From contig OZ254086.1 in NCBI GenBank assembly GCA_965267575.1, forward strand, positions 3,520,001 through 3,584,000: a DNA stretch of 64,000 nt. Direction: 5' to 3'. The number at the start of each line of letters is the position of its first letter. The stretch's first letter is position 1. Source of the DNA: Calditrichales bacterium. GTDB taxonomy: Bacteria > Calditrichota > Calditrichia > Calditrichales > J004. The position numbers were made by a program, and so were the translations under genes. This document shows, in pieces, positions 1 to 7,891 of the stretch. The notes under the pieces are model-generated. The model was not told the origin of the DNA. It was given only the letters and a program-made list of their open reading frames with translations, and did no database searches.

Positions 1-1041
1 AAAACTGTATCCGCAGGCCCAAATGATGGTTGAAATGCCGGCTCTTTGCAGATCCAGCCGGTTTATCTCCTCAAGCCTGAAACCATCATCCGGCCTGGAA
101 ACTTCTTCCGGCGCGGCGTCCATGCCGCTTTGTTCGATAAAACCGTCAATCAGTTTTATGATTTCCTTTTCACCCTGGTCGGCGATGGTAAGTTTTTCTT
201 TCAGGTCGCCGGCAAAGCGCATAGTTTGGCCATGTACTTCTTCCAGGTGTCCCAGCAGCGTTACGCCGTCGCGGGCAAATTGATGCAGGTTGAGGCTGTG
301 TCCGCCGTCGCGCCCGGATACGTGCGGATTGCTCTGGAAGCGCATAGCCGGATCGGTCAGGTCGTCCGGGGTTCTGTCCAGGAAACCGCTCAGCAGGGCC
401 CACTCAAAGAAATCCTTCCCCCGGTATCGGCGCGGTGCCCGCGGTGTGCTGCCAAGCGAGAGATATACTTTGCGTCCGGACTGATACAGCTCTTCAGCGA
501 TCTGGCAGCCGGACTGGCCGCTGCCAACCACCAGCACAGCACCGGGTGGAAGATCATCCGGATTGCGGTATTGCGTGGTATGCATCTGTCTTACAGCCGG
601 TGAAAGTTCACCGGAGATTTCGGGAATGCGTGGTTTTTGGAACAGCCCGGTTGCCACTACCACATTTTCAGAATGAAAAACGTCGTTATCAGTTTCAACG
701 AGATAGCCGCCTTTGTCGGCACTTTTAATTGAGTTTACCCGGGTGTCCAGCCGCAGCGGCAGATCGTATCGTTCTACATACTTTTCCAGTCGTGTAGCAA
801 CTTCGTCCCGTGACATAAAGCCATTCGGGTTGTCGCCGTCATATTCCGCGCCGGGCATTTTGAAAGACCAGTTGGGCGTAACAAGTGTGAAGGAATCCCA
901 CCGCTCATCGCGCCAGACATGGGCCGGTTTGTTGGATTTTTCAAGAATAAGGTGATCGTGCTCTGCTTGCTTTAAAAAATAGCTGGTGGCCAGACCCGCT
1001 TGTCCGCCGCCAACAATAATAGTCCTGATATTTTTATTCAT
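1..1041 (-). CDS. Flavin-dependent oxidoreductase/monooxygenase (MSMEG_0569-like), 3' end outside window
   Basis: Absent from the ORF track; translated by hand from ATG at 1041 (GGAGGAG RBS): MNKNIRTIIVGGGQAGLATSYFL...WRDERWDSFTLVTPNW...VVATG...VLVVGSGQSGCQIAEEL...IIWACGY. Two GxGxxG Rossmann motifs; open to the window edge. Confidence 0.85.
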   Translation of the reverse strand, partial: MNKNIRTIIVGGGQAGLATSYFLKQAEHDHLILEKSNKPAHVWRDERWDSFTLVTPNWSFKMPGAEYDGDNPNGFMSRDEVATRLEKYVERYDLPLRLDTRVNSIKSADKGGYLVETDNDVFHSENVVVATGLFQKPRIPEISGELSPAVRQMHTTQYRNPDDLPPGAVLVVGSGQSGCQIAEELYQSGRKVYLSLGSTPRAPRRYRGKDFFEWALLSGFLDRTPDDLTDPAMRFQSNPHVSGRDGGHSLNLHQFARDGVTLLGHLEEVHGQTMRFAGDLKEKLTIADQGEKEIIKLIDGFIEQSGMDAAPEEVSRPDDGFRLEEINRLDLQRAGISTIIWACGYSF

Positions 1042-1250
1042 GGCTCCTCCTTTTTGGCAAAAATAGGCGCTTGCTTTTTGGATTTCCAAATTGAGCCTTT
1101 ATTTTCGAAGATGTAAAGGAAAGCGCGCCGCTACTTACATGGTTGATGCTTTTTTTGTAATTTGCGATTGTATCACTTGAGTGACGGATCATACCACTTA
1201 ACCGCCAGGGATCAGGTTAAATCACAAAACTGATTCAGGATACCTTCCCA

Positions 1251-2168
1251 ATGAAAAAATTACTTTTGCTAATTGTCGCCGTTGTATTGGTATTGCTGAT
1301 TGGCTTTACCTGGTTTGGTGTCTCTGTTCAGGATATGCCGGATGAGGGGCAAGCCATAGAAATGCCGCCTGCCGAAGAAGAACCGATCGTAGCTGAAGAA
1401 CAAGAAATGCCTGAAGAGCCGGAGGAGCCGGAAGAGCAGGGAATGAGCCAGGAACCGGCCGAGGCCAAACAACCGCCCAGAGAGTCCGCAAAACAGGCTA
1501 AATCAGCGGGGCAAATGCCCATTATCGCCGATTCCGTCATTACGTACATGGCGCAATCTGAAGAGTTAAGCGGCGTGCCGACAGTTTCGGAGTTCAAGGA
1601 CGATTTTATCAGCCGCTGGAATGAATCTGTGGATGCCGTGAAAACGGCCAATATTGCCTTTAATGTGCCGGATTCTGTGATGGGCCTGCATGAAACGGTT
1701 GTTATGGATCTCCTGCTGGATATGAAAAAGACAGAGGCGCAACTGGGTGAAGCGTTACAGCAAAGGGAAAATACGGACAGCATTCTCACCTATTCCGGCA
1801 TTGAGGTTTCCGATGTGCTCGAAGCCCGGCTGATCGGTTCTGAGACGGCCTTTCGTATAACGCCGGTTACGCCGGAACGGCAAAGTCTAAACAAACAGGG
1901 TACAACGGAATGGCGCTGGGAGGTAGAGGCGTTGCAGGAAGGCAGCCATCGTTTGCACCTTACCCTGAACGCGATCGTTACGCTGGATGGCGATAAGGAG
2001 ACACGTTCAATTCGCACCTTTAACCAGGAGATTTTTGTTCAGGTCTCGCTGATGTCAAAAATCGCCGGTTTTATTGGCAAAAACTGGCAGTGGCTGTGGA
2101 CCGTGATTCTGGTGCCGGTGGCAAGCTGGCTGTGGAACAAGCGAAAAAACAAAAAGCGCGGCAAATAG
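1251..2168 (+). CDS. Hypothetical membrane-anchored protein with acidic Glu/Pro linker
   Basis: 305 aa ORF with N-terminal hydrophobic segment, EEPEEPEEQ linker and C-terminal TM (NWQWLWTVILVPVASWLW) followed by a basic tail. Confidence 0.75.
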   Translation: MKKLLLLIVAVVLVLLIGFTWFGVSVQDMPDEGQAIEMPPAEEEPIVAEEQEMPEEPEEPEEQGMSQEPAEAKQPPRESAKQAKSAGQMPIIADSVITYMAQSEELSGVPTVSEFKDDFISRWNESVDAVKTANIAFNVPDSVMGLHETVVMDLLLDMKKTEAQLGEALQQRENTDSILTYSGIEVSDVLEARLIGSETAFRITPVTPERQSLNKQGTTEWRWEVEALQEGSHRLHLTLNAIVTLDGDKETRSIRTFNQEIFVQVSLMSKIAGFIGKNWQWLWTVILVPVASWLWNKRKNKKRGK

Positions 2169-2197
2169 GCTGGTTTTTATTCACATGGATTATCCAG

Positions 2198-2229
2198 GCG
2201 GGTAGGGCGTAACCGGGCGCCTTACCCGC
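2198..2229. terminator. Hairpin between convergent genes
   Basis: GCGGGTAGGGCG...CGCCTTACCCGC inverted repeat. Confidence 0.5.
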
Positions 2230-2253
2230 GTTCATCATTTAAGTATACCAACG

Positions 2254-3585
2254 TTATTTTAAAAGAAGCATCTTGTGGCTTTGTACCTGCCCGTCCGCCT
2301 TTAATGTGTAAATATATATGCCCCCGGCTGACGCTTCCCCGGCTTCGTTTGTACCGTTCCAGCTTACTGTGTGAAGGCCTGCTGATTGTAGGTCATTTAC
2401 AAGTGTTTTTATGCGCTTGCCGGAGATGTCATGAACAACCAGTTTTACCTGCGCGGCATGGCTTAGCAAATAGCTGATTTCTGTTTGAGGATTAAAAGGA
2501 TTAGGCTGATTTTGACGAAGCTCGAATCGACGCGGGCTTTTTAGAACAGGCGTTTCCAGGCTGGACACATCTCCGTAACGCGGATTCCAATATGATGTAT
2601 CTACGGCGAGACCGATGTCCTCGAATTTCGCGCCATAAGCCCTTTTACCGTCATGCGCTACAAAAAGCCCCATGGGAAAAGCGCTCCCCAGGCTGACGTT
2701 GGTAACATCAATGCCGTCCGTTCCGCTTACACCATCCACCTCGAAGCTCTTAACAAAAGCATGCGGCTCTTTGCGGTCATATACCTTAAACGTGCTGTTG
2801 CCCTGGCTGGAGGCCATCAGATATCCTTCGCCGTTGGCCGCATAATAGATGGTAATGCCTTCAATGTCGGCTTCCAGTCCGTTTTCGCCGACGGAAACAA
2901 TCTTCTCTTCCTGCGGGTCTTCGGAAAGGGGATCGGCATCGTATTTATAAATAGCGTCATCTTCGACGGCGGCGTAGAATTTGCCGGTTTCGTCATCTGC
3001 CACCAGGCCCTCGGTTAAACCGCCCGGCCCGTTTGTCCAGGTGCGTTTTAATTCCAGGGCAATGGTATCGTTGCCGCTGTCCACCAGTTGCCATTGTTTA
3101 AGCTGGCCGCTGCCGTTGTTGGTGGATGCCATCGCGTAAAAGGTATCGGTGCTGCGATTATGATAAAAACAGAAGCCGTAAATACTGCTCATATCGCTGT
3201 TATAGCTTTTGTGGAACTCCAACGTGCGGGTGGCCACGTCCACCGTATAGAGATGAATCTCGCTGTCATCACGGCCAAACCCGACAATATCTACTTTTTG
3301 CCCGGAGAGCGTGAAATTATAGCGTACATCGATATTCCTCGGTTCACCCTCCAATGCAATTTGCTGCAGTGTGTTACCTTCCAGGTCGTAGACAAAAATT
3401 TGGTCGCCGCTTTTGTCGGAGGTAATAACGGTACTTAAGGCTGCATCTGTCGGATGAATCCAGATGCACATGTCGTCCTGATCAACCGATTGGGGGTCCT
3501 CAAATATCTGACTTGAAGGAACGGACTGTGCCCAAAGTATGGTGGTTGATATAAACAGCAGGGTGCTAAAATATTTAAAAATCAT
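2254..3585 (-). CDS. Beta-propeller phytase with C-terminal T9SS/FlgD-like sorting domain
   Basis: DQDDMCIWIHP, NIDVRY, TEGLVADDE, ADIEGITIY, GYLMASSQGNSTF and TDGIDV phytase motifs; signal peptide; NQPNPFNP C-terminal domain. Confidence 0.9.
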   Translation of the reverse strand: MIFKYFSTLLFISTTILWAQSVPSSQIFEDPQSVDQDDMCIWIHPTDAALSTVITSDKSGDQIFVYDLEGNTLQQIALEGEPRNIDVRYNFTLSGQKVDIVGFGRDDSEIHLYTVDVATRTLEFHKSYNSDMSSIYGFCFYHNRSTDTFYAMASTNNGSGQLKQWQLVDSGNDTIALELKRTWTNGPGGLTEGLVADDETGKFYAAVEDDAIYKYDADPLSEDPQEEKIVSVGENGLEADIEGITIYYAANGEGYLMASSQGNSTFKVYDRKEPHAFVKSFEVDGVSGTDGIDVTNVSLGSAFPMGLFVAHDGKRAYGAKFEDIGLAVDTSYWNPRYGDVSSLETPVLKSPRRFELRQNQPNPFNPQTEISYLLSHAAQVKLVVHDISGKRIKTLVNDLQSAGLHTVSWNGTNEAGEASAGGIYIYTLKADGQVQSHKMLLLK

Positions 3586-3725
3586 ATTGGTATAATTTAT
3601 GTTAATTTAACGTGGCAGAATGATATCGAAATTTGAGTGCCAAAGCAAAAAAGTGGCATTCTTAAAAGCGCATTAAGCGGGAAGGGCAGATGACTACCAT
3701 TCCCGCTCGCGCGCGATAAGAACGT

Positions 3726-4274
3726 TTACTCCTGCTTTTGGCTCCACGGAGGCACAACATCGTTGGAGCGGGCGTAGGCGATAAGCTGGCCCAGGTGTTC
3801 GGCAGCGTGGTCGCCAAGTATAAACATTGCCTGGCGTCGGGTTACTTCATTCCCAAAGAAATCGATTTTTTCGTTGGCCTGTTCGGCGCTTAAATTTTTG
3901 ACGGCTTGTTGGGCAAACTCCACTGATTTATTCAACGTGGCAATAGCCTCGTCTTTGGTCATGCCGGACTTTTCAAATCCGCGCGGGTCAACGCCTTCCG
4001 GCATCGCCGTACCAAGCATGGAGCCAAAAAAGTAGTTGGCGCCGGCCATGTGCAGCACCGATTCTTTTACCGAACGCACACCTTCCGCTGGACGCCAGTC
4101 AAACTTGTCCTCGGGAATGGCGGTGGCCAGTTGTGCCGCTTTGCCGGACGTATAACTGTAGACATTAAGAAAATCGGTTTTCATGGCATCATTGGCCTCG
4201 TCCTGAGCCGGTAATGGAATCGCCAGCAACAGAAAAAGAAATGAAGTGATAGATAGAGAAGTGCGGGTGCGCAT
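3726..4274 (-). CDS. DinB/YfiT family protein with signal peptide
   Basis: WRPAEGVRSV..HMA and DHAAEHLGQLIAYAR..VVPPW motifs with a His triad. Confidence 0.85.
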   Translation of the reverse strand: MRTRTSLSITSFLFLLLAIPLPAQDEANDAMKTDFLNVYSYTSGKAAQLATAIPEDKFDWRPAEGVRSVKESVLHMAGANYFFGSMLGTAMPEGVDPRGFEKSGMTKDEAIATLNKSVEFAQQAVKNLSAEQANEKIDFFGNEVTRRQAMFILGDHAAEHLGQLIAYARSNDVVPPWSQKQE

Positions 4275-4390
4275 AAGGTGCTCCTTGGTTAGGGGTTTTT
4301 TATTGGGACTTTGATAAAAATAAGGTGTGGGAAATTACTATTTTGGCAGGCGAATACAATATTTATTTTTCTGAACCAGTGCGACAGAAA

Positions 4391-4487
4391 TGTCATTCCC
4401 GACTCCGATCGGGAATCCATAATGTGTTGTTGGCTTTGATTATTCCTGCCATTTGTTTAACGGATACTCGCCTTCGCGGGGATGACA
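4391..4487. repeat. GTCA-tagged palindromic repeat (REP-like doublet), copy 1
   Basis: TGTCATTCCCGACTCCGATCGGGAATCCA...GGATACTCGCCTTCGCGGGGATGACA; first 29 bp identical to 5876-5904. Confidence 0.85.
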
Positions 4488-4503
4488 ACCCGGGTTGGTG
4501 CAT

Positions 4504-4797
4504 TCACGCAACACTACCGATCTTATCATATTCCTGACCATGTGTCTGCAATGTGTCCCACATATCCACATTGCGTTGGAGGTTCATCCAGAATTCCGGG
4601 GTGGTTTTAAAAAAGCGGGCCAGCCGGTAAGCCGTATCCGGGGTGACCGACCGTTTGCCAAGAATAATTTCGTTGATTCGCACACGAGTCACGCCAATAG
4701 CATCGGCCAATTGTTGCTGTGTCATTTTGTGCGGCTCCAGGAACTCATGCCGGATAATTTCTCCGGGATGGGTCGGACGCCTGTTTTTAGGTAACAT
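4504..4797 (-). CDS. higA: HigA family antitoxin (HTH)
   Basis: HPGEII..EFL..TQQQLA..GV.R..INEII.GKR.VTPDTA.RLA..F.TTPEFWMNLQ signature; downstream of a RelE-like toxin. Confidence 0.93.
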   Translation of the reverse strand: MLPKNRRPTHPGEIIRHEFLEPHKMTQQQLADAIGVTRVRINEIILGKRSVTPDTAYRLARFFKTTPEFWMNLQRNVDMWDTLQTHGQEYDKIGSVA

Positions 4798-4807
4798 GGT
4801 TCACTCC

Positions 4808-5089
4808 TTAATGATATTGCACAAGCTCTATATCAAACACATCACCGTCTTCGAATTTAAAGCATAAGCGCCATGGGCCGTTTACCGAAATCGCCCATTG
4901 GCCTTTTCTATCACCATGCAGTTGGTGGAGTTTATTTGAAGGCGGCGATCTTAAATCGTCTATTTTGTTCGCTGCGTTGATCATGTCAAGCTTTCTTTCA
5001 AGTCGTGTTTTTAACTCAGGCGGGACTTTTTTGTTTTTGCCGGAATGATAAAAGTCCTCAAGCCAGGATTGTTTAAAGCTTACGATCAT
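4808..5089 (-). CDS. higB: HigB family toxin (plasmid maintenance killer, RelE-like)
   Basis: MIVSFK..L..DLRSPPSNKLH.L.GDRKGQWAI.VNGPWRLCF.F...DIELVQYH; toxin-first gene order. Confidence 0.93.
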   Translation of the reverse strand: MIVSFKQSWLEDFYHSGKNKKVPPELKTRLERKLDMINAANKIDDLRSPPSNKLHQLHGDRKGQWAISVNGPWRLCFKFEDGDVFDIELVQYH

Positions 5090-5094
5090 GACGT

Positions 5095-5123
5095 AATGTA
5101 ATATGCAACGTGGTCCGTTGCAA
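5095..5123 (-). promoter_or_regulatory. higBA sigma70 promoter with overlapping palindromic operator
   Basis: Minus strand TTGCAA-17 nt-TACATT-5 nt-ATG; inverted repeat TGCAACG-N5-CGTTGCA at 5104-5122. Confidence 0.7.
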
Positions 5124-5130
5124 GCGGCGG

Positions 5131-5198
5131 TGTCATTCCCGGCCGCGAACGGATGCCCGCCTCCCGATTTGATCGGGACAGGTTACGCGGGGGTGACA
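5131..5198. repeat. GTCA-tagged palindromic repeat, degenerate copy 2
   Basis: TGTCATTCCCG...GGATGCCCGC...CGCGGGGGTGACA with internal TCCCGATTTGATCGGGA hairpin. Confidence 0.7.
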
Positions 5199-5261
5199 GC
5201 TCGTGGCTCCCAACCAGACTCCATTCGGAAATAACGCAACCACAGTGAGTGTCATCTGCGA

Positions 5262-5543
5262 TTAATAATGGTATCGCGCCTGCAAAAAATCAATTCGTTT
5301 TTCAGTAACCCGGTAAACAATCCTATGCTCTTGTGTCAGTCGACGTGACCATGTGCCTGGCGCCAGGTAGCGCAAAGGCTCCGGTTTGCCAATGCCCTCA
5401 AAAGGGTCGCGGAGTATATCTTCAATAATTCTGAATGTTCTTAGTGCGGTTTTGCGGTCGGTTTTTATCCAGTGCTGCAAATCCTCCCGGAATTCCGGTT
5501 GGAAGACAGCATCTCTACTTTTCTTCGGATTTTTCAAATCCAA
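5262..5543 (-). CDS. yoeB: YoeB/Txe family toxin
   Basis: PFEGIGKPEPL...WSRRLTQEHRIVYRV...FLQARYHY signature; start uncertain, overlaps the antitoxin 3' end. Confidence 0.93.
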   Translation of the reverse strand: MDLKNPKKSRDAVFQPEFREDLQHWIKTDRKTALRTFRIIEDILRDPFEGIGKPEPLRYLAPGTWSRRLTQEHRIVYRVTEKRIDFLQARYHY

Positions 5544-5808
5544 GCTCTTTTTTCAGGTCATCAAGATGTGTGACGGGTTCCGTTTCAGACAGGGAACGGT
5601 TGAGCGCTGTAAGCAAGCGCTGAGCATTTTTTGGCGAACGAAGCAGGTGGGCGGTTTCAATCAGGCTTGATAGTTCAGATGAAGAAACAAGCGCAACATC
5701 CTCGGCATTTCTGCGGCTGATTAATACGACTTCTTTATCATCTGAAGCGGCATCGAGCAGTTTCGCCAGGTTGGCGCGTGCTTTTGAGTATGTTGTGTAA
5801 ATGGCCAT
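5515..5808 (-). CDS. yefM: YefM/Phd family antitoxin
   Basis: TYSKARANLAKLLD...VLISRR...ETAHLLRSPKNAQRL; ATG at 5808 with AGGAG RBS. Confidence 0.92.
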   Translation of the reverse strand: MAIYTTYSKARANLAKLLDAASDDKEVVLISRRNAEDVALVSSSELSSLIETAHLLRSPKNAQRLLTALNRSLSETEPVTHLDDLKKELGFEKSEEK

Positions 5809-5823
5809 TTCTAGACTCCTTTC

Positions 5824-5844
5824 TTGTACAGGATTAATGTACAA
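5824..5844 (-). promoter_or_regulatory. YefM-type operator, two TGTACA cores
   Basis: TTGTACA-GGATTAA-TGTACAA just upstream of the RBS; TGTACA is the known E. coli yefM-yoeB operator core. Confidence 0.7.
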
Positions 5845-5875
5845 CTTTTAAAACCTTAAAACAACCAACCGCGCT

Positions 5876-5975
5876 TGTCATTCCCGACTCCGATCGGGAA
5901 TCCAGGAGGCTTTGACTGTAACCGTAATTATTCCCGATAAGTCTACAATGGATTCCTGCCTTCGCAGGAATGACA
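5876..5975. repeat. GTCA-tagged palindromic repeat, copy 3
   Basis: TGTCATTCCCGACTCCGATCGGGAATCCA...TGGATTCCTGCCTTCGCAGGAATGACA; same orientation as copy 1. Confidence 0.88.
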
Positions 5976-6026
5976 ACGCAAGATAGCGGAAATGTATTAT
6001 CATAGTCCATCCCAAAATCACACGCA

Positions 6027-6905
6027 TCACAGTTTAGACACCCACCTGGCCAGCTCTTCCCCGATCATCTGCGGGTTGTCTTCCTGCAGGTAGTGGATGC
6101 CCGGACCGATGTCGACCGTTTGCAGTTTTTTGAGGTGCTCGCGGCACCACTCGACCGTGGCCGCGGGCACAACGCCGCCGGGATCTGCATGGAACAATAG
6201 CTTGGGCAGATCGGATTGCTGCAGCTTTTGGCTGTAGTTGGAGACTATATCGTGCATGTCCGCCGGTTTGCCGTCGATGGGGATTTCCAGAGGCCATTGG
6301 CGGATGGGTTTGCGCGAGGCAATGGTTTTAAAGGGCGCTTCGTAGGCAGCTTTCTCTTCGGGCGTAAGATCACGGACAATAGCCTGCGGCATCACCTGTT
6401 TGACAAAGACATTCAACACGTTGATCATAAACCAACCGATGCACGGCGTGCGCATCAGCTTAAAGCCGATTTTGAATTCCGCCGGGAAGTCGCTCCAGCT
6501 GACCGGTTTGAGAATCGCTTCCATAAAGGCCAGTGCTTTGACGTTGCTCTCGTTGTGCATGGCGTAGTGGAAGCCCAGCCCGGAGCCCCAGTCGTGTAGC
6601 ACCAGGGTGATGTTTTTGAGCCCCAGTGTTTGGATAAAGCCTTCGATGTATCTGTAATGGTCCGTAAAACGGTAGGGCAGGTCGGGTTTGCCCGACTGGC
6701 CCATGCCGATCAGGTCCGGGGCGATACAGCGGCTGTGCGGGGTGAGATGCGGAATAATGTTGCGCCACAAGTAGCTGGACGTGGGATTGCCATGCAGAAA
6801 CAGGATGGGATCACCGCTGCCTTCATCGACATAATGCATCTGCGTACCATGGACTTCGGCGTAATGGGATTTGAAGGGGAAGTGGGGGGAGATGGGGTTT
6901 GGCAT
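6027..6905 (-). CDS. Haloalkane dehalogenase (HLD-II, DhaA/LinB-like)
   Basis: HGNPTSSYLWRN, APDLIGMG.S, LHDWGS (Asp nucleophile plus Trp), FMEAI and GIHYLQED motifs. Confidence 0.9.
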   Translation of the reverse strand: MPNPISPHFPFKSHYAEVHGTQMHYVDEGSGDPILFLHGNPTSSYLWRNIIPHLTPHSRCIAPDLIGMGQSGKPDLPYRFTDHYRYIEGFIQTLGLKNITLVLHDWGSGLGFHYAMHNESNVKALAFMEAILKPVSWSDFPAEFKIGFKLMRTPCIGWFMINVLNVFVKQVMPQAIVRDLTPEEKAAYEAPFKTIASRKPIRQWPLEIPIDGKPADMHDIVSNYSQKLQQSDLPKLLFHADPGGVVPAATVEWCREHLKKLQTVDIGPGIHYLQEDNPQMIGEELARWVSKL

Positions 6906-6954
6906 GATTATCTTAATGGCTCCTTCTTAATAGTCTAACGTTTTAGGCAGGTTA

Positions 6955-7818
6955 TCAATATGCATAGTTATAGTCTTTAAATTTGTATACACCGGGGTCT
7001 GTAGTTTTAATAAAACAAAAGAAATAGCCATGTTTTTCGTTAAAAATATCAATGTATTCAACCTTGCCAGCGACAAAAGAAAATTTATTTTTTTTTTCAA
7101 GTACCTGTAATGTATCATAATGAAATACATGAGCAATATCTGCTTTGGTTAGCGCTCCCCTTGTATTTGCTCCGATTACCGGCACAAGATCATTAATCTT
7201 GCTAAAGCTTGAAGGTGGGACAAAGCTCGAATCGCTGATAAATGTCCCATAATAGATTTTTGTATGGTATGAAGGCGACATTCCAAAATTACTAACAGAG
7301 AACCTCCATCTGTTGTTTGAGTGGGCTTTTATGCCACTTAAGACGACATATGGCCTTATTGCATATTTCATTGACTGCTCAGCAATATCGGATTGCCTGT
7401 ATGCAAAAACGGCTGCAGCCAACGATATTAATAGTCCGATAAAAGTAATAAGATCTTTACGAATCCATTTTCTTTCATCTCGGATATCCGATCTGAGCTT
7501 TGCGATTCCTTTATTGGTTAGTAGTTTTCTTGGACTTACATACTGTCCCTCATACCACATTTCTTTATCGTTTAATTCTGGCAATGGTAATATTAATTTA
7601 GCAGCTTTATGAGAGTACCATTTAGTTAACAAAACCGACATTTCTTCTCTAATAAATTTGTCTTCAAAAAAGGCATCGCTTTCTATTTTTGCGATTTCTA
7701 AGTCGCTTAAATCTTTTTTACGGGCCTCCCTAATTTCAGAATCATAAATACTTTTTAAATTTTTCTTTTTATTGATAAGTGACCTTAAACGCCAGCGATA
7801 TTTTAGATAATTTATCAT
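6955..7818 (-). CDS. Hypothetical single-TM protein, AT-rich
   Basis: About 287 aa ORF with a central TM (LITFIGLLISLAAAVFAY); visibly more AT-rich than both neighbours. Confidence 0.7.
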   Translation of the reverse strand: MINYLKYRWRLRSLINKKKNLKSIYDSEIREARKKDLSDLEIAKIESDAFFEDKFIREEMSVLLTKWYSHKAAKLILPLPELNDKEMWYEGQYVSPRKLLTNKGIAKLRSDIRDERKWIRKDLITFIGLLISLAAAVFAYRQSDIAEQSMKYAIRPYVVLSGIKAHSNNRWRFSVSNFGMSPSYHTKIYYGTFISDSSFVPPSSFSKINDLVPVIGANTRGALTKADIAHVFHYDTLQVLEKKNKFSFVAGKVEYIDIFNEKHGYFFCFIKTTDPGVYKFKDYNYAY

Positions 7819-7891
7819 TGTCTTCAACCAGATTGAACGATATCAAATAATACAGTAAATTTTGCTTAATATCTAACAAGAAAGCGTTATA

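Noticed and set aside
23..955. Plus-strand ORFs listed in the track
   Set aside because: Shadows of the minus-strand flavin oxidoreductase, which the track missed because it runs off the window.
3628..3642. Sigma54 promoter or Pho box upstream of phytase
   Set aside because: TGGCACTCAAATTTC lacks the -12 GC, and no clear 11-bp-period Pho repeats are present.
4391..7877. Bona fide integron
   Set aside because: No intI gene and no complete attC with L boxes; only core-like motifs around one gene.
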